Below are positions 50,668-60,800 of a stretch of DNA of 64,000 nucleotides, piece after piece (position 1 is the stretch's first letter; each line of letters opens with the position of its first letter). The stretch lies in IMG/VR virus record IMGVR_UViG_3300035501_001058. One strand, given 5' to 3'. The translations under genes and the position numbers were made by a program. The notes beneath the pieces are model-generated. The model saw nothing but the letters and a program-made list of their open reading frames with translations, was not told the DNA's origin and searched no databases. This DNA comes from an uncultured virus (IMG/VR IMGVR_UViG_3300035501_001058). Taxonomy: Duplodnaviria > Heunggongvirae > Uroviricota > Caudoviricetes.

Positions 50668-51999
50668 ATGCGTATAGGAGGTTTTTATGGTTTTACTGTA
50701 CCTATGCTAATACCTGTTTATGACGAGCAGATGCAAAGAATACTTAAAACTTTTAACGGTAAACTAAACACATATGCAACATTAGATCTTAGGAAGGAGT
50801 TATGGCACTTCAGGCGTGCACTAACAATGTTACCAAGAGAATTATCTTCTGAAGATAATTCATTAAATGAGTTTTTAGACAGTGCTACTGTAATAGCTGG
50901 TAAAATTGTAGGAAAATATATGGAGCAACCTGACTCAGATGAGATAGAGCATCAAATTATGCAGGCATTATGTGATGCTTGTGGTAAAAGATTATATGAA
51001 CAAATGATACGAGGAAAGTTCTATGATGTAAGAGATTTAGAGGATTCATCATCATTTATGCCAAAGTTATTTGAGCTAGTGAAAACAGCTATGATTGGTA
51101 AGACTTTTTCCTTAACTAATGTAAATGTTTTATACAGGGCTTTTTTGAAGCTGTTGAGTGCAGATAATAGTGTAGGTAATTATGATGTAGTTAAAAGAAA
51201 CATTAGAATGTTTTGTAATCTAAGAGAGTATACACCAAATCAAATATTTATGGATGGGGAACTTATTACTTTAACAGAGCAGGAAATAAAGGTTATTGAT
51301 TATTATAGAAGTAATATTAATGTCATTGATAAAATGGCAAAATGTGTAGATATTTCAGGTTATGCAGATGAAAAGATTTTTGGAGTATCATTTATTGATT
51401 TTCTTAATAGAAAACCTACAAGTCTGTATTATATGGTTTTACAGCAATTTGATCATTTAAAAAACTCTGATATCAAGTTGTTCCCTAATGTTCTTGATAA
51501 AGTTAAGACTGAGTTTGGGACATGTAAGAATATGATAGATTCTTATTTAGCATCAAATCAGGCAGAAAATAGTATGGTTAGTAGAGATGAATTGATAAAT
51601 GTCTACTCTGATTTAGATGAAGATCTGGTTACATTTTTGTTAGAGTCATATGATATTGCTAATGTTAATGAAATAAGTACTATCGATTTGGATAATCTAG
51701 TAGTGCTATATAATGCGGCAAGATTTCTATCATTGGATAACTTAAACAGTATTTGGGAAACCGAATTATCTGAGGAAGATTTTAAAGTAATGGCATCTAA
51801 ATTCGATAAATTACATTTGGGTGGAATGACATTATTGACGAACAAGTTATTTAAAGAGTCTTTAAATGAAATTATTTTTGTAAGTAATTTAAAGGTTTCA
51901 CGTTCTGAAGAGTATGTTAGTGAATTAAAGCAAATTTGCAAAGATGTAGATGCACTGCTAAGTACATTTAAGCCAATTGGAGGTGAACTCTATGTATGA
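50668..51999 (+). CDS. Hypothetical mainly helical protein
   Basis: 443 aa, AAGGAGG RBS. Confidence 0.8.
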   Translation: MRIGGFYGFTVPMLIPVYDEQMQRILKTFNGKLNTYATLDLRKELWHFRRALTMLPRELSSEDNSLNEFLDSATVIAGKIVGKYMEQPDSDEIEHQIMQALCDACGKRLYEQMIRGKFYDVRDLEDSSSFMPKLFELVKTAMIGKTFSLTNVNVLYRAFLKLLSADNSVGNYDVVKRNIRMFCNLREYTPNQIFMDGELITLTEQEIKVIDYYRSNINVIDKMAKCVDISGYADEKIFGVSFIDFLNRKPTSLYYMVLQQFDHLKNSDIKLFPNVLDKVKTEFGTCKNMIDSYLASNQAENSMVSRDELINVYSDLDEDLVTFLLESYDIANVNEISTIDLDNLVVLYNAARFLSLDNLNSIWETELSEEDFKVMASKFDKLHLGGMTLLTNKLFKESLNEIIFVSNLKVSRSEEYVSELKQICKDVDALLSTFKPIGGELYV

Positions 52000-53020
52000 T
52001 TTACATATTCTTGATGTATCTGCCTTATTGCATTTTGGTATGAATTCAGAGTTTTATAAAGATAGAGTTAGTTATACATATAATGTTGGTGGAATACATA
52101 AAGTTATGCGACACATTATGACTGCTTTTTTTAATAATGATGAAGTTGTACTAGCTTTTGATTCTAGAAACAATTTCAGAAAACAACTTATGCCTAGCTA
52201 TAAGGCAGGAAGAGTATCAAATAAGTATGTGATTTCACAAAATGAATTGTTACTTGAGGAATTACCACGAATTGGTTTTCATTGTTATCAATTCGATGGT
52301 TATGAAGGTGATGACATTATTAATTGGGCTGTAAATGACTTACACTCTTCTGGATATGGCAAAATACTTATTATTGGTAACGATAATGACTTAGCCCATA
52401 ATGTCAGGAATGATGTTGTATTTCACAGTATTAATGATAATGTGAATAGCGTTACAGAAAATAATTTTGCATTTGCACTTAGCCGAAATGAATCCGTACC
52501 ATTTAATTTCATCAGTGTAAAAAAAGTGTTAACTGGCTGTAAATCAGATAAAGTTGCACCATTTATATCGGAAAAGGGTATTACTGGTACAGAATTATTT
52601 GATGCATATTTAAAGGCTTTAGAGAGTGCTAATGTGCCTTTTGTATATAATAATACAACTAGTTCTAAGTTATTTATGATGTTTATGAAAGCTTGCTCTG
52701 ATTTGACTGACAAAGATTTACAGGAGCTAGAATTAAGATGTAAAATTATTTTTCCTGCTCAGAAACCATCAGATGTTTCCATAGTAGCTGACAGATATAG
52801 AAAGTTAGATAGAGATTTATTAATAGATTTTTTGTCTTTTGTAAATGATTATGATTCATTAAAAAGGATTCCTGCATCTAAGCATGCTTTACGAGAAAAT
52901 CAGAAAAAGGAGCTATCTGATAGAAATAAGGCACTTACTTCTGGAACATTTGCAGTAGATCGTAATTTCCCAGTAAATGAAAGCTATGAGGATTCTGTAT
53001 TGACATTAAAGGAGTTTTGA
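51992..53020 (+). CDS. 5'-3' exonuclease/flap endonuclease (PolI N-domain / T4 RNase H-like)
   Basis: ILD, AFDS, FRKQLMPSYKAGR, EGDDII, DNDL, GCKSD. Confidence 0.9.
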   Translation: MYDLHILDVSALLHFGMNSEFYKDRVSYTYNVGGIHKVMRHIMTAFFNNDEVVLAFDSRNNFRKQLMPSYKAGRVSNKYVISQNELLLEELPRIGFHCYQFDGYEGDDIINWAVNDLHSSGYGKILIIGNDNDLAHNVRNDVVFHSINDNVNSVTENNFAFALSRNESVPFNFISVKKVLTGCKSDKVAPFISEKGITGTELFDAYLKALESANVPFVYNNTTSSKLFMMFMKACSDLTDKDLQELELRCKIIFPAQKPSDVSIVADRYRKLDRDLLIDFLSFVNDYDSLKRIPASKHALRENQKKELSDRNKALTSGTFAVDRNFPVNESYEDSVLTLKEF

Positions 53021-53021
53021 T

Positions 53022-53618
53022 ATGGAGCAAAAGAGATTAATTGTTACATATGAACGTGTTGATCATTTACTTGCTATAGCAAGTGCTAAATTGTCTGAAC
53101 AGCTTGATATTAATGGAGAGGAATATTTATATGTTGTACCTTTTTCTGATTATATTAAGAGTCAGATACATTTAAATGTTACTAATAGGCTTTACAATAG
53201 AGATAGTAGATTGTACAAAGCTGCTTATGATTATCTAATTGGAGAAAGCACAAATGCTGAAAGTTTAAATCCTATTCTTGAATTTTTTTATTCAGATATG
53301 AAGGATTTTTTATTGCATAATAAGTACAATATTAGGCTAGAATTAGATATTAATGTTGAGGTACCAGATACAAAAAAGGTATCATATAATTATGGAGATA
53401 TTAGAACTGAACTATTATGCACTGCAAATGAAAATTTCAGTGATTTTAATGATGCTAGATTATGGTTAAAGAAACATCATTATGCTGAAAATGTTATGCA
53501 GTACGTAAATAGTAATACAGAGTTATTTAATAAAATTGATTCTTATACAGCTATCGCAATTTTATCTGATAACTTAGGTAAGAAAAATATTAAATGGGAG
53601 GTTCCAAATGAGAATTGA
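53022..53618 (+). CDS. Hypothetical protein
   Basis: 198 aa, AAGGAG RBS. Confidence 0.75.
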   Translation: MEQKRLIVTYERVDHLLAIASAKLSEQLDINGEEYLYVVPFSDYIKSQIHLNVTNRLYNRDSRLYKAAYDYLIGESTNAESLNPILEFFYSDMKDFLLHNKYNIRLELDINVEVPDTKKVSYNYGDIRTELLCTANENFSDFNDARLWLKKHHYAENVMQYVNSNTELFNKIDSYTAIAILSDNLGKKNIKWEVPNEN

Positions 53619-54207
53619 AATTGAAAAAGGTTATGGAAAGATAGTTGCTAATTTTTTGAGACAACTGCTTATAACAAAAGTTCCATGCTGGCGACCAATT
53701 GCTTTTGCTGTAGGTAGTGATACCACAATAGTATCAGTAGGAGATTCAGTATTAGAGGATTCCACTGAAATAGTAAGTAACTTAGTAAAATATCATTATG
53801 AAATTGATTCAAATGAAGATTTCTATGTATTGAAACTAAATGTAAAAGATTTGAATATAGATGATTTAAATAGAGATGCTGTTCATGTACTTGATAGTGA
53901 TGGACAGCATATTTTTCATTCTATGACAGCAGAATTGCCAGTAGTTATATATTTCGCAAAAGCAAAAGGTTCTTCTTTATTAAATCAGAATCAAACAAGG
54001 TTAAGACAGAATGGTATTGATAATGATAGGGTTGTTGTTTTTAATGCAAGATTTACAAACTTAGATGCTGTGCAAGTTACAGTGGAAGAATCGTCAGATA
54101 TAAATGATATTATTACTTTAGAGATAGAGTCACACTGCGAAATTAATGAAGAAGAGCTACTGCATATTTGTTGTAGTGATATTGTTGATAAGTTTTCTAA
54201 ATTATAA
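53608..54207 (+). CDS. RNA polymerase alpha subunit N-terminal-domain homolog (no CTD)
   Basis: EKGYGKIVANFLRQLL ~ ERGYGxTLGNxLRRxLL; VLEDSTEIVSNL ~ VxEDVxEIILNL; FTNLDAVQVTVE ~ FxPVxxVxYxVE; DIITLEIES. Confidence 0.8.
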   Translation: MRIEIEKGYGKIVANFLRQLLITKVPCWRPIAFAVGSDTTIVSVGDSVLEDSTEIVSNLVKYHYEIDSNEDFYVLKLNVKDLNIDDLNRDAVHVLDSDGQHIFHSMTAELPVVIYFAKAKGSSLLNQNQTRLRQNGIDNDRVVVFNARFTNLDAVQVTVEESSDINDIITLEIESHCEINEEELLHICCSDIVDKFSKL

Positions 54208-54235
54208 TGGGAAAATTTGAGTTTCACCCTTAGAT

Positions 54236-54251
54236 TTTTCAACCTTGAAAA
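54236..54251. promoter_or_regulatory. Short palindrome, possible operator
   Basis: TTTTCAA-CC-TTGAAAA in intergenic region. Confidence 0.3.
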
Positions 54252-54300
54252 CTTTGCAATCATTTTATTTAAAAGTAAGTAATGAAAGGGAGGCATTTGC

Positions 54301-55992
54301 ATGATAACACTGAATTATCTAAAAAGTATTGGGTGTATTTCATCTGATTATTTTGAAGTGGATTATCATAGTAATAATTCTGTTAGCATTACAGAATTAT
54401 TGTCATGGTCACAAAGTAAACAGGAACAATTTACAGGTGTTGTTTTATGTGACAATTGTCTCTGGGCAGCAACGTTAAAGCGATTACCCTTAGCAAAGGC
54501 TAATAAGATATACTCAAGTGATGGAGAGAGCTTATGTTGTTGGGATTCTGAAAAACGCACTGTCTTCATTAAAAGTCTAATCGATAAAAAATTGGTAACG
54601 GTTAGACAATATATTTTGCCAAAAATAAAAAAAGAAAAGGAGATTAGAAAAATGGCAGACATAAACATTGATGGATTGGATTTAAACGAAATGACCAATT
54701 TTAGTGATGAATCAGTAGTAGCTGGACCAGCTACAGGTAAAGGCTCAAGAGAGGAGTCTGAAAGATCAAGAGATAACAGAAGATATATTGAAAAGATGCA
54801 GAATGCAGATATCAGTGTTCAGGAGAATACTGCTATTATAACTGAGAATCAGTCAAAGGGTAGATCACTTGGTTTTATAACAAGAACAGATAAGGCTGTT
54901 CGTATGTCACTTGTTAAGGTTGCAAAGAAGGGTCCAGATGGACGAGTTATCCTTAATGAGGAGGGAAGCAAAAATCCCGATGTTGTTAAGAAGTATGAAG
55001 ACTACAAGGCAGGAAAGGAAAACTCAACGATGCCAGCTAAGAAGTATCTTGAGGTGGAATATGATTTCAAGTTTAAGGAAGCTAAGCCAGGTAAGATAGT
55101 TGCTATGATTATTAAGATACCTGCATCTACAGCAGATATTAACTATGCTAATTTCCTGAATTCTGAAGTTGCACTTAGTTCCACTTCATCAACAGAGACT
55201 GTTGTTCGTATTCTCCCTATTGAGCAGGCATATGATTATCTTATTACTGCTTTTGATGGTAAGATTAAGGAAGATGAAGCTCTTCTTGGAGCTAGAGCAG
55301 CTTGGTTACAGATCAAGGGTGTAATAGCTAAGCCAACAGGAAAGAACGCTGCAGTTGAAGGAGATAATGTAAGATTGTCTCTTATTCTTGCTGCTAAGTC
55401 AGAGACTAGAAAGACTCTGCTTACAGAAGGCAATTATATTCCTATGAAGGTTTATAAGGCACTCTCTCAGAATGATATCAAGAGTGCTGAAGATGCTGAG
55501 AAGCTTAACAACAACGTAAAGCAGTTATTCAAGGATAGCGATAAGGCTGCAAATCTGACAGAAGCAGCAAAGAGTATCTTTGATGCAGATAACTTAACAG
55601 TTAAATATTTTGCTCAGGCTAATTCAGAGCGTCAGACAATTGAAGCTCCTGATCGTTTTGATGGTAATGGAAAGGTTGCAAATGTTAAGATTGCACTTAG
55701 AGATTCAAAGGTATCAAAGACATCAGGTAAGAATACATATCCATACATCTATGAAGATGATTTCTCAGCAATTGTGAAGTCAAATCGTTCTGTTGCTGCA
55801 ATAATGGAAGCTGCAAATGTTACTGCTGAAGATCTTGCAGCAGAGTTCAAGAAACTTAGCAAGACAACTTCTAGAACCAGTGGTAGCAAGAACATTACAA
55901 GCCTTGATATTGACACTCTTAAGAAGTCAGTTAAGGCTAAGGGTGCTAAGAGCACTAAGGATTTGGCAGCTCTGCTTGCAGGTATTGCATAA
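54301..55992 (+). CDS. Hypothetical protein; main start probably ATG 54652 (446 aa, Lys/Ala-rich, likely abundant)
   Basis: RBS before both 54301 (GGGAGG) and 54652 (AAGGAG); AAG/GCT-rich codon usage after 54652. Confidence 0.8.
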   Translation: MITLNYLKSIGCISSDYFEVDYHSNNSVSITELLSWSQSKQEQFTGVVLCDNCLWAATLKRLPLAKANKIYSSDGESLCCWDSEKRTVFIKSLIDKKLVTVRQYILPKIKKEKEIRKMADINIDGLDLNEMTNFSDESVVAGPATGKGSREESERSRDNRRYIEKMQNADISVQENTAIITENQSKGRSLGFITRTDKAVRMSLVKVAKKGPDGRVILNEEGSKNPDVVKKYEDYKAGKENSTMPAKKYLEVEYDFKFKEAKPGKIVAMIIKIPASTADINYANFLNSEVALSSTSSTETVVRILPIEQAYDYLITAFDGKIKEDEALLGARAAWLQIKGVIAKPTGKNAAVEGDNVRLSLILAAKSETRKTLLTEGNYIPMKVYKALSQNDIKSAEDAEKLNNNVKQLFKDSDKAANLTEAAKSIFDADNLTVKYFAQANSERQTIEAPDRFDGNGKVANVKIALRDSKVSKTSGKNTYPYIYEDDFSAIVKSNRSVAAIMEAANVTAEDLAAEFKKLSKTTSRTSGSKNITSLDIDTLKKSVKAKGAKSTKDLAALLAGIA

Positions 55993-56038
55993 ATCAAAAA
56001 TAAATTAATGTAAGTACAACTCTAGTACGCTAGTGCGG

Positions 56039-56070
56039 TAGGTGGTGCATAAAAACACCACCTATTGTTT
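56039..56070 (+). terminator. Terminator hairpin (loop CATAAAAA)
   Basis: TAGGTGGTG/CACCACCTA stem then TTGTTT. Confidence 0.8.
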
Positions 56071-56090
56071 AAAATTAAGATGAATTTACA

Positions 56091-56116
56091 AGGGTGCATT
56101 TTATGCACCCTATTTT
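56091..56116. terminator. Second hairpin (terminator-like)
   Basis: AGGGTGCAT/ATGCACCCT inverted repeat then ATTTT. Confidence 0.65.
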
Positions 56117-56137
56117 ATATTTAGGGAGGTACATAAA

Positions 56138-57340
56138 ATGCGGCTATATAATTTTGATGAGGTTGTAGGTAATAGCAATGTTGTTGCTATTATTCGTCAA
56201 TCTTTAGCTAATGACTCTTTTCCCCAAATAGCTATCTTTAGTGGAGTTTACGGCACAGGTAAAAGTACATGCGCTGAAATTGTCAGCTTAGCCTTAACAT
56301 GTAAAAATAGTAAAAGTGGTTTACCATGTTTAGAGTGTGAAAATTGTAAATCAACAATAAAAGCTTTACAAACAACAGCAGAGAATACACGTGTTATAAA
56401 AATAAATGTAGCACACAAGAACACAAAAGAAGATTTAGATAAAATGATACGAGATATTTTTGTTCTTAAATCTTCTAGTAGTAGAGTCGTATACATAATA
56501 GAGGAAGCACACTCATTAAGTAAAGCGCAGCAAACAGCATTCTTGGAAGAATTAGATAAAATACAAAAAGGAGTGTATGTAATTTTCTGCACAACAAAGA
56601 TAACTGATTTACTCCCAGAATTACGTAGTAGAGCAATAAATTTTGCTTTTACTCGAATAAATGATAATGAAGCTGCAATACTTTTATCAAACTTGGAAAG
56701 GAAATATTCTTTTTATTTAGATAATGCTTCAAAACAGATAATAATTAATTATGCAAAGGGAATACCTCGACAATTAACCAATCTTTATGAATTTGTAAAA
56801 AATGGTGGCTATCAATCTGAGACATTAGCGTCTTTTTTGGGTGTTATAAATGAGAATGAATATATTACATTATTTGAAATAATGTCATCTAGGGATATGT
56901 TCATGTATACTAATTCTCTTGATCAATTATTAAAATCATACAGTATCGATGTTTTTCTTGAACAGATGAAAGAATTTATGCTAAAGGTCGTTTTTCTCAT
57001 TGAAGGTAGTATTAAATCAGGTTTCTCTAATGATGATATACAGAGAATCAGAAGAGTTTTTAACGGAATAGATGTTTTAAAGGTGGCTAATGTTATCAGC
57101 AATATAAATTATAATGCAACTGAAGCAGACTTTAAGTTTTCTATGTTAAAAATTAGACAGATTATGTGTAATAAGACAATGAATGATATTGTAAAAGATA
57201 GTGCCACTGAAGCTGTTGCACAGGTACGACAAGCAAAAACACTTGATAAAGCAATAACAGATACGAAGAGAGAAGAAAGCAATAAAAATTCTTTTTCACC
57301 ACTTAATCTTCAGTTTTTGAATCAATTCGGAGGTGATTGA
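56138..57340 (+). CDS. dnaX: DNA polymerase III gamma/tau-like clamp-loader ATPase
   Basis: FDEVVG, GVYGTGKST, C..PCLECENC zinc module, IIEEAH, LRSR, GIPR. Confidence 0.9.
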   Translation: MRLYNFDEVVGNSNVVAIIRQSLANDSFPQIAIFSGVYGTGKSTCAEIVSLALTCKNSKSGLPCLECENCKSTIKALQTTAENTRVIKINVAHKNTKEDLDKMIRDIFVLKSSSSRVVYIIEEAHSLSKAQQTAFLEELDKIQKGVYVIFCTTKITDLLPELRSRAINFAFTRINDNEAAILLSNLERKYSFYLDNASKQIIINYAKGIPRQLTNLYEFVKNGGYQSETLASFLGVINENEYITLFEIMSSRDMFMYTNSLDQLLKSYSIDVFLEQMKEFMLKVVFLIEGSIKSGFSNDDIQRIRRVFNGIDVLKVANVISNINYNATEADFKFSMLKIRQIMCNKTMNDIVKDSATEAVAQVRQAKTLDKAITDTKREESNKNSFSPLNLQFLNQFGGD

Positions 57341-57801
57341 TTATGCGAATTCTTGTACGTAAAGAATTAAATATGGACAAACCTATTAATTTACGTTTGT
57401 TATCACCATCGGAAAAGATAAAAGCTGGATTTGTTACACAAATCCAGCAAACAAATATGTACAAAAGAAATAAACAAAGAAATGATGAAATGAAATACAT
57501 AGAGCTTATGCAGAAAGATGAAAATCTTAAAACATATTTGCTTGCAATACTATACAGAGAGCTTAACCAAAATACCTCATTAGCTAGTAAGAATAAAATA
57601 TGTGAAAGCGTTATTATTTCTGTTGCTCAGAAATATGAGGATAGTTTAAAAAGATTATTTCCAAATTTATTTGGTGAAACAGGTGAAACAAATAAAGATT
57701 TCTTATCTTACGAAATAGAAAGAGTTGAAGAAAATAATGATATACGTAAAGCATTTAAAGAAATGCCTTATCTTTTAAGGTGTTCAAAAAAGAGTATTTA
57801 G
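57337..57801 (+). CDS. Hypothetical protein
   Basis: ~152-154 aa, GGAGGTG RBS. Confidence 0.7.
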   Translation: MIMRILVRKELNMDKPINLRLLSPSEKIKAGFVTQIQQTNMYKRNKQRNDEMKYIELMQKDENLKTYLLAILYRELNQNTSLASKNKICESVIISVAQKYEDSLKRLFPNLFGETGETNKDFLSYEIERVEENNDIRKAFKEMPYLLRCSKKSI

Positions 57802-57814
57802 GAGGTGGTGTACT

Positions 57815-60800
57815 TTGGTTAAAAGGTTTATAACAATTGTTGTTGCCGGAACACTTATACTTTCATCAGTTAGTACTCTAGCAGCTTCGGATAAAATACC
57901 AGATGAAGCAAAAAATACTGTTAACTATGTTAATAATCAATATAACAATATAGATTATAAATACGAAGTTACAGATGAAAGTAAGATAGATGGTATTCCT
58001 TCAGCAAATAATAAAACATTAGTAAAAAATGATACTGGTAGTAAAAATCTAGAAGATTTGGATACAGTTAAGTCTTGGTTAATTAGTAATGATATAATTT
58101 CAAGACCATACAAATTAAAAGATGGCTCTGTCACAATAAATGAATATGAAGATACTGATTATTGTCCACAAACATTACTATGGACTATGTTATACAAAGC
58201 TAAAAATGGTGTTATAGAAAGTAGACCTTTAGCTAATAAAACTAAACGTACCGGAGAATACACCATAGATAACAGTACAACAGAAGTCACAACGGAAGCA
58301 ACAACAGAAGTTACGATAGAGGCAACAACTGAAAGTACTACTGAAGGTGCTACTGAATCAGCAATACAAAATACTACTGAAAGTAAATCAGAAACAATCA
58401 GTATCGAACCAGTTGATGCAACTGTAGTACAAAAAAGTAAATCAAAGAAAAAAACAACAGAGGCAACAACAGAAGTAGTTTCATACACTGCTAAAGATTA
58501 TGATGTATTAGTTTCATCTAATGTATATGAATTATACTTGAAAGAGTTAATGGATCAAGGAATGATTGATAAGAGTACATTTAACTCTAAAAATGGTAAA
58601 AAATTCTTATCTGATTACAAAAAACTCAGTAATAAAAAATCTGATGATGCTAATGTTGCATGGGATAATAGACTGAAATATGGGACATTAAAGACAAAAA
58701 ATGTCTTAGGATATAGTACTAGTTATAATACTGATTTTAATGTAACAGAAAAGAAGCCAAACTATTTTGTTAATGAAAAGATGTACACTATTGGTGCTTT
58801 ACAGATAATAGCAAAATATGTACGTAGTACAGAAAAAGATATGTCTAATCTTGAAGCATCTATTGTAACCTATAAGTATGGTATAAATTATAAGTTTACT
58901 GTAGATGATGAAGCTGCACAAAATGATATTGAATTCTTAATAGCTAAAGGTATTTTGGACTTTGAGAATCCAGAAGAGTTTACTAATTTATATGGAGAGT
59001 TCACATACGAAAGTGCATTAAAGATAATTTACAGAGTTGCTAATGAGGATGCTAGACTGAATTTTAGTGAAGTTACTCTTACTGATGGAGAATCATTTTG
59101 GCTTGATCAAGGTTACTATGAAGATAATATGTCGATCGTTGAATCAACAAGCCTTCCTCAGGTAAAAACTATAACAGACGATTACTGGAATAGTCTTCTT
59201 GAAAATGATCCAGATGAAGTAGAAAATAGTGATGATGAAGATTCTACTGAATCAAACATAGGTAATAATTTTATTGATGATATACTTGGTCTAAACTTTA
59301 GTAAAGTATCTGTAATGGCTGCAAGTGAGATGCCTACATTCACTGTGGTAAAGATGTTTGATTTATCTTATGACTATACATACAAAGGAATAAATATTAA
59401 GGAACTTAGTGATTCAAATAGCAAACCTGAGGAGTTTGTCAGTTACGAGGAAAGCTCTTTCAATGGTTTAAGTGCCAATGGTAAAACGACTTTAGCAAAA
59501 GTTACATTTAAAGTTGAAGCTAAAAGCTATGACACTGCTGTATTATATGTAGATAATAATATTGCAATAGATGGTTATTTGACATCATCTGATATGTTGG
59601 CGTATACAACAATTAACGAAAATGGTGAAGAAATAACATTAGTACCTGCCACAACTTTACAAAATAGTTTGTCCAATATTTCTATTATTGAAGATAAAGT
59701 TTTGATGAATAATGTAACAGGTGCACAGGCTATTATCTTACCAGAGCAAGGATACGCATTAGTTGGAAACAGAGTTGTGGTGTCAGATACATTAATGATG
59801 ACTGATACATCAGATGAAGTATACTATAACTTAGACGTAATTTGTACTCTGCTTGGAAATACATACTTAAGTAAGCTAACAAATAAACAGTTATATGTTT
59901 GCTCAAGTATTAATAATGAAGTAACAGCAACTATAAAGAGTTCATCAGGAAGCACTCTAGGGAAAGCTTATGTAGTTGATTTTCTTACATCTACAAGTAA
60001 AAAGAAGACTACAACAAAGAAATGTTTTAATGTAGATAATGTTAATTATGGTGTTAATGTTTTGACTAGAAAGTTTAATATTACAGTTAACGGTAATAGT
60101 GAAGATGTTTATTTTATTGTCAATTGGGATTACTGCGTTCCAGACGAAACGGCATTGAGGGATATGATTGATAATAATGTTTTTGGAACATCAACATTAA
60201 CACTAAATGATGTAAATGAGGCAATTTATACTAAGCCATCTGATAAAAGTCTTGCTCTTTGGTGGGATACAAATTTAAGTATTTCTAACTCTTTAGCAAA
60301 TTTCATGTATGGGACAACCAATGTTGAATACGTAAAATCAGGATATCTGACACCGTCTTTAACAATCCTTAGAGATAGTACTGTTCCAGATTCAGCTATC
60401 AATTCTATTTTTACAGCAAATGGCTTTAAACTTGATGATACTGGCTTAAAATACAGTGGTTCTACAACTAATTGGTGGGAAACTTTTTATGGTGCGTCTT
60501 TAATAGAAGATAGCTTTGTAAAAGCTTTAGCATTGAGTAATAGAACTTGTAATGTTTATAATAGTACAGAGCTTAATGATGGATTTGCATACGGAAACTC
60601 ATATTATGTTACAAAAGCTGGTGTAATTTATGAAGATTTTGATAGTGCTAAATCTATTTCTTATGATGTAGCAAAGAAGCAGATTTTGATAAGTTCTAGG
60701 AAAACCGGAGAAGAAGTTGAATCTGTAGCAGATAATACAGTTTTTAGTTATGGTGGAAGTGAATGGATTTATGTCGGAGCTAAAACTATGACTAATAGTA

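Noticed and set aside
58275..58480. Possible CRISPR-like or iteron repeat
   Set aside because: Imperfect in-frame 12-bp units encoding TTE linkers; no spacers.
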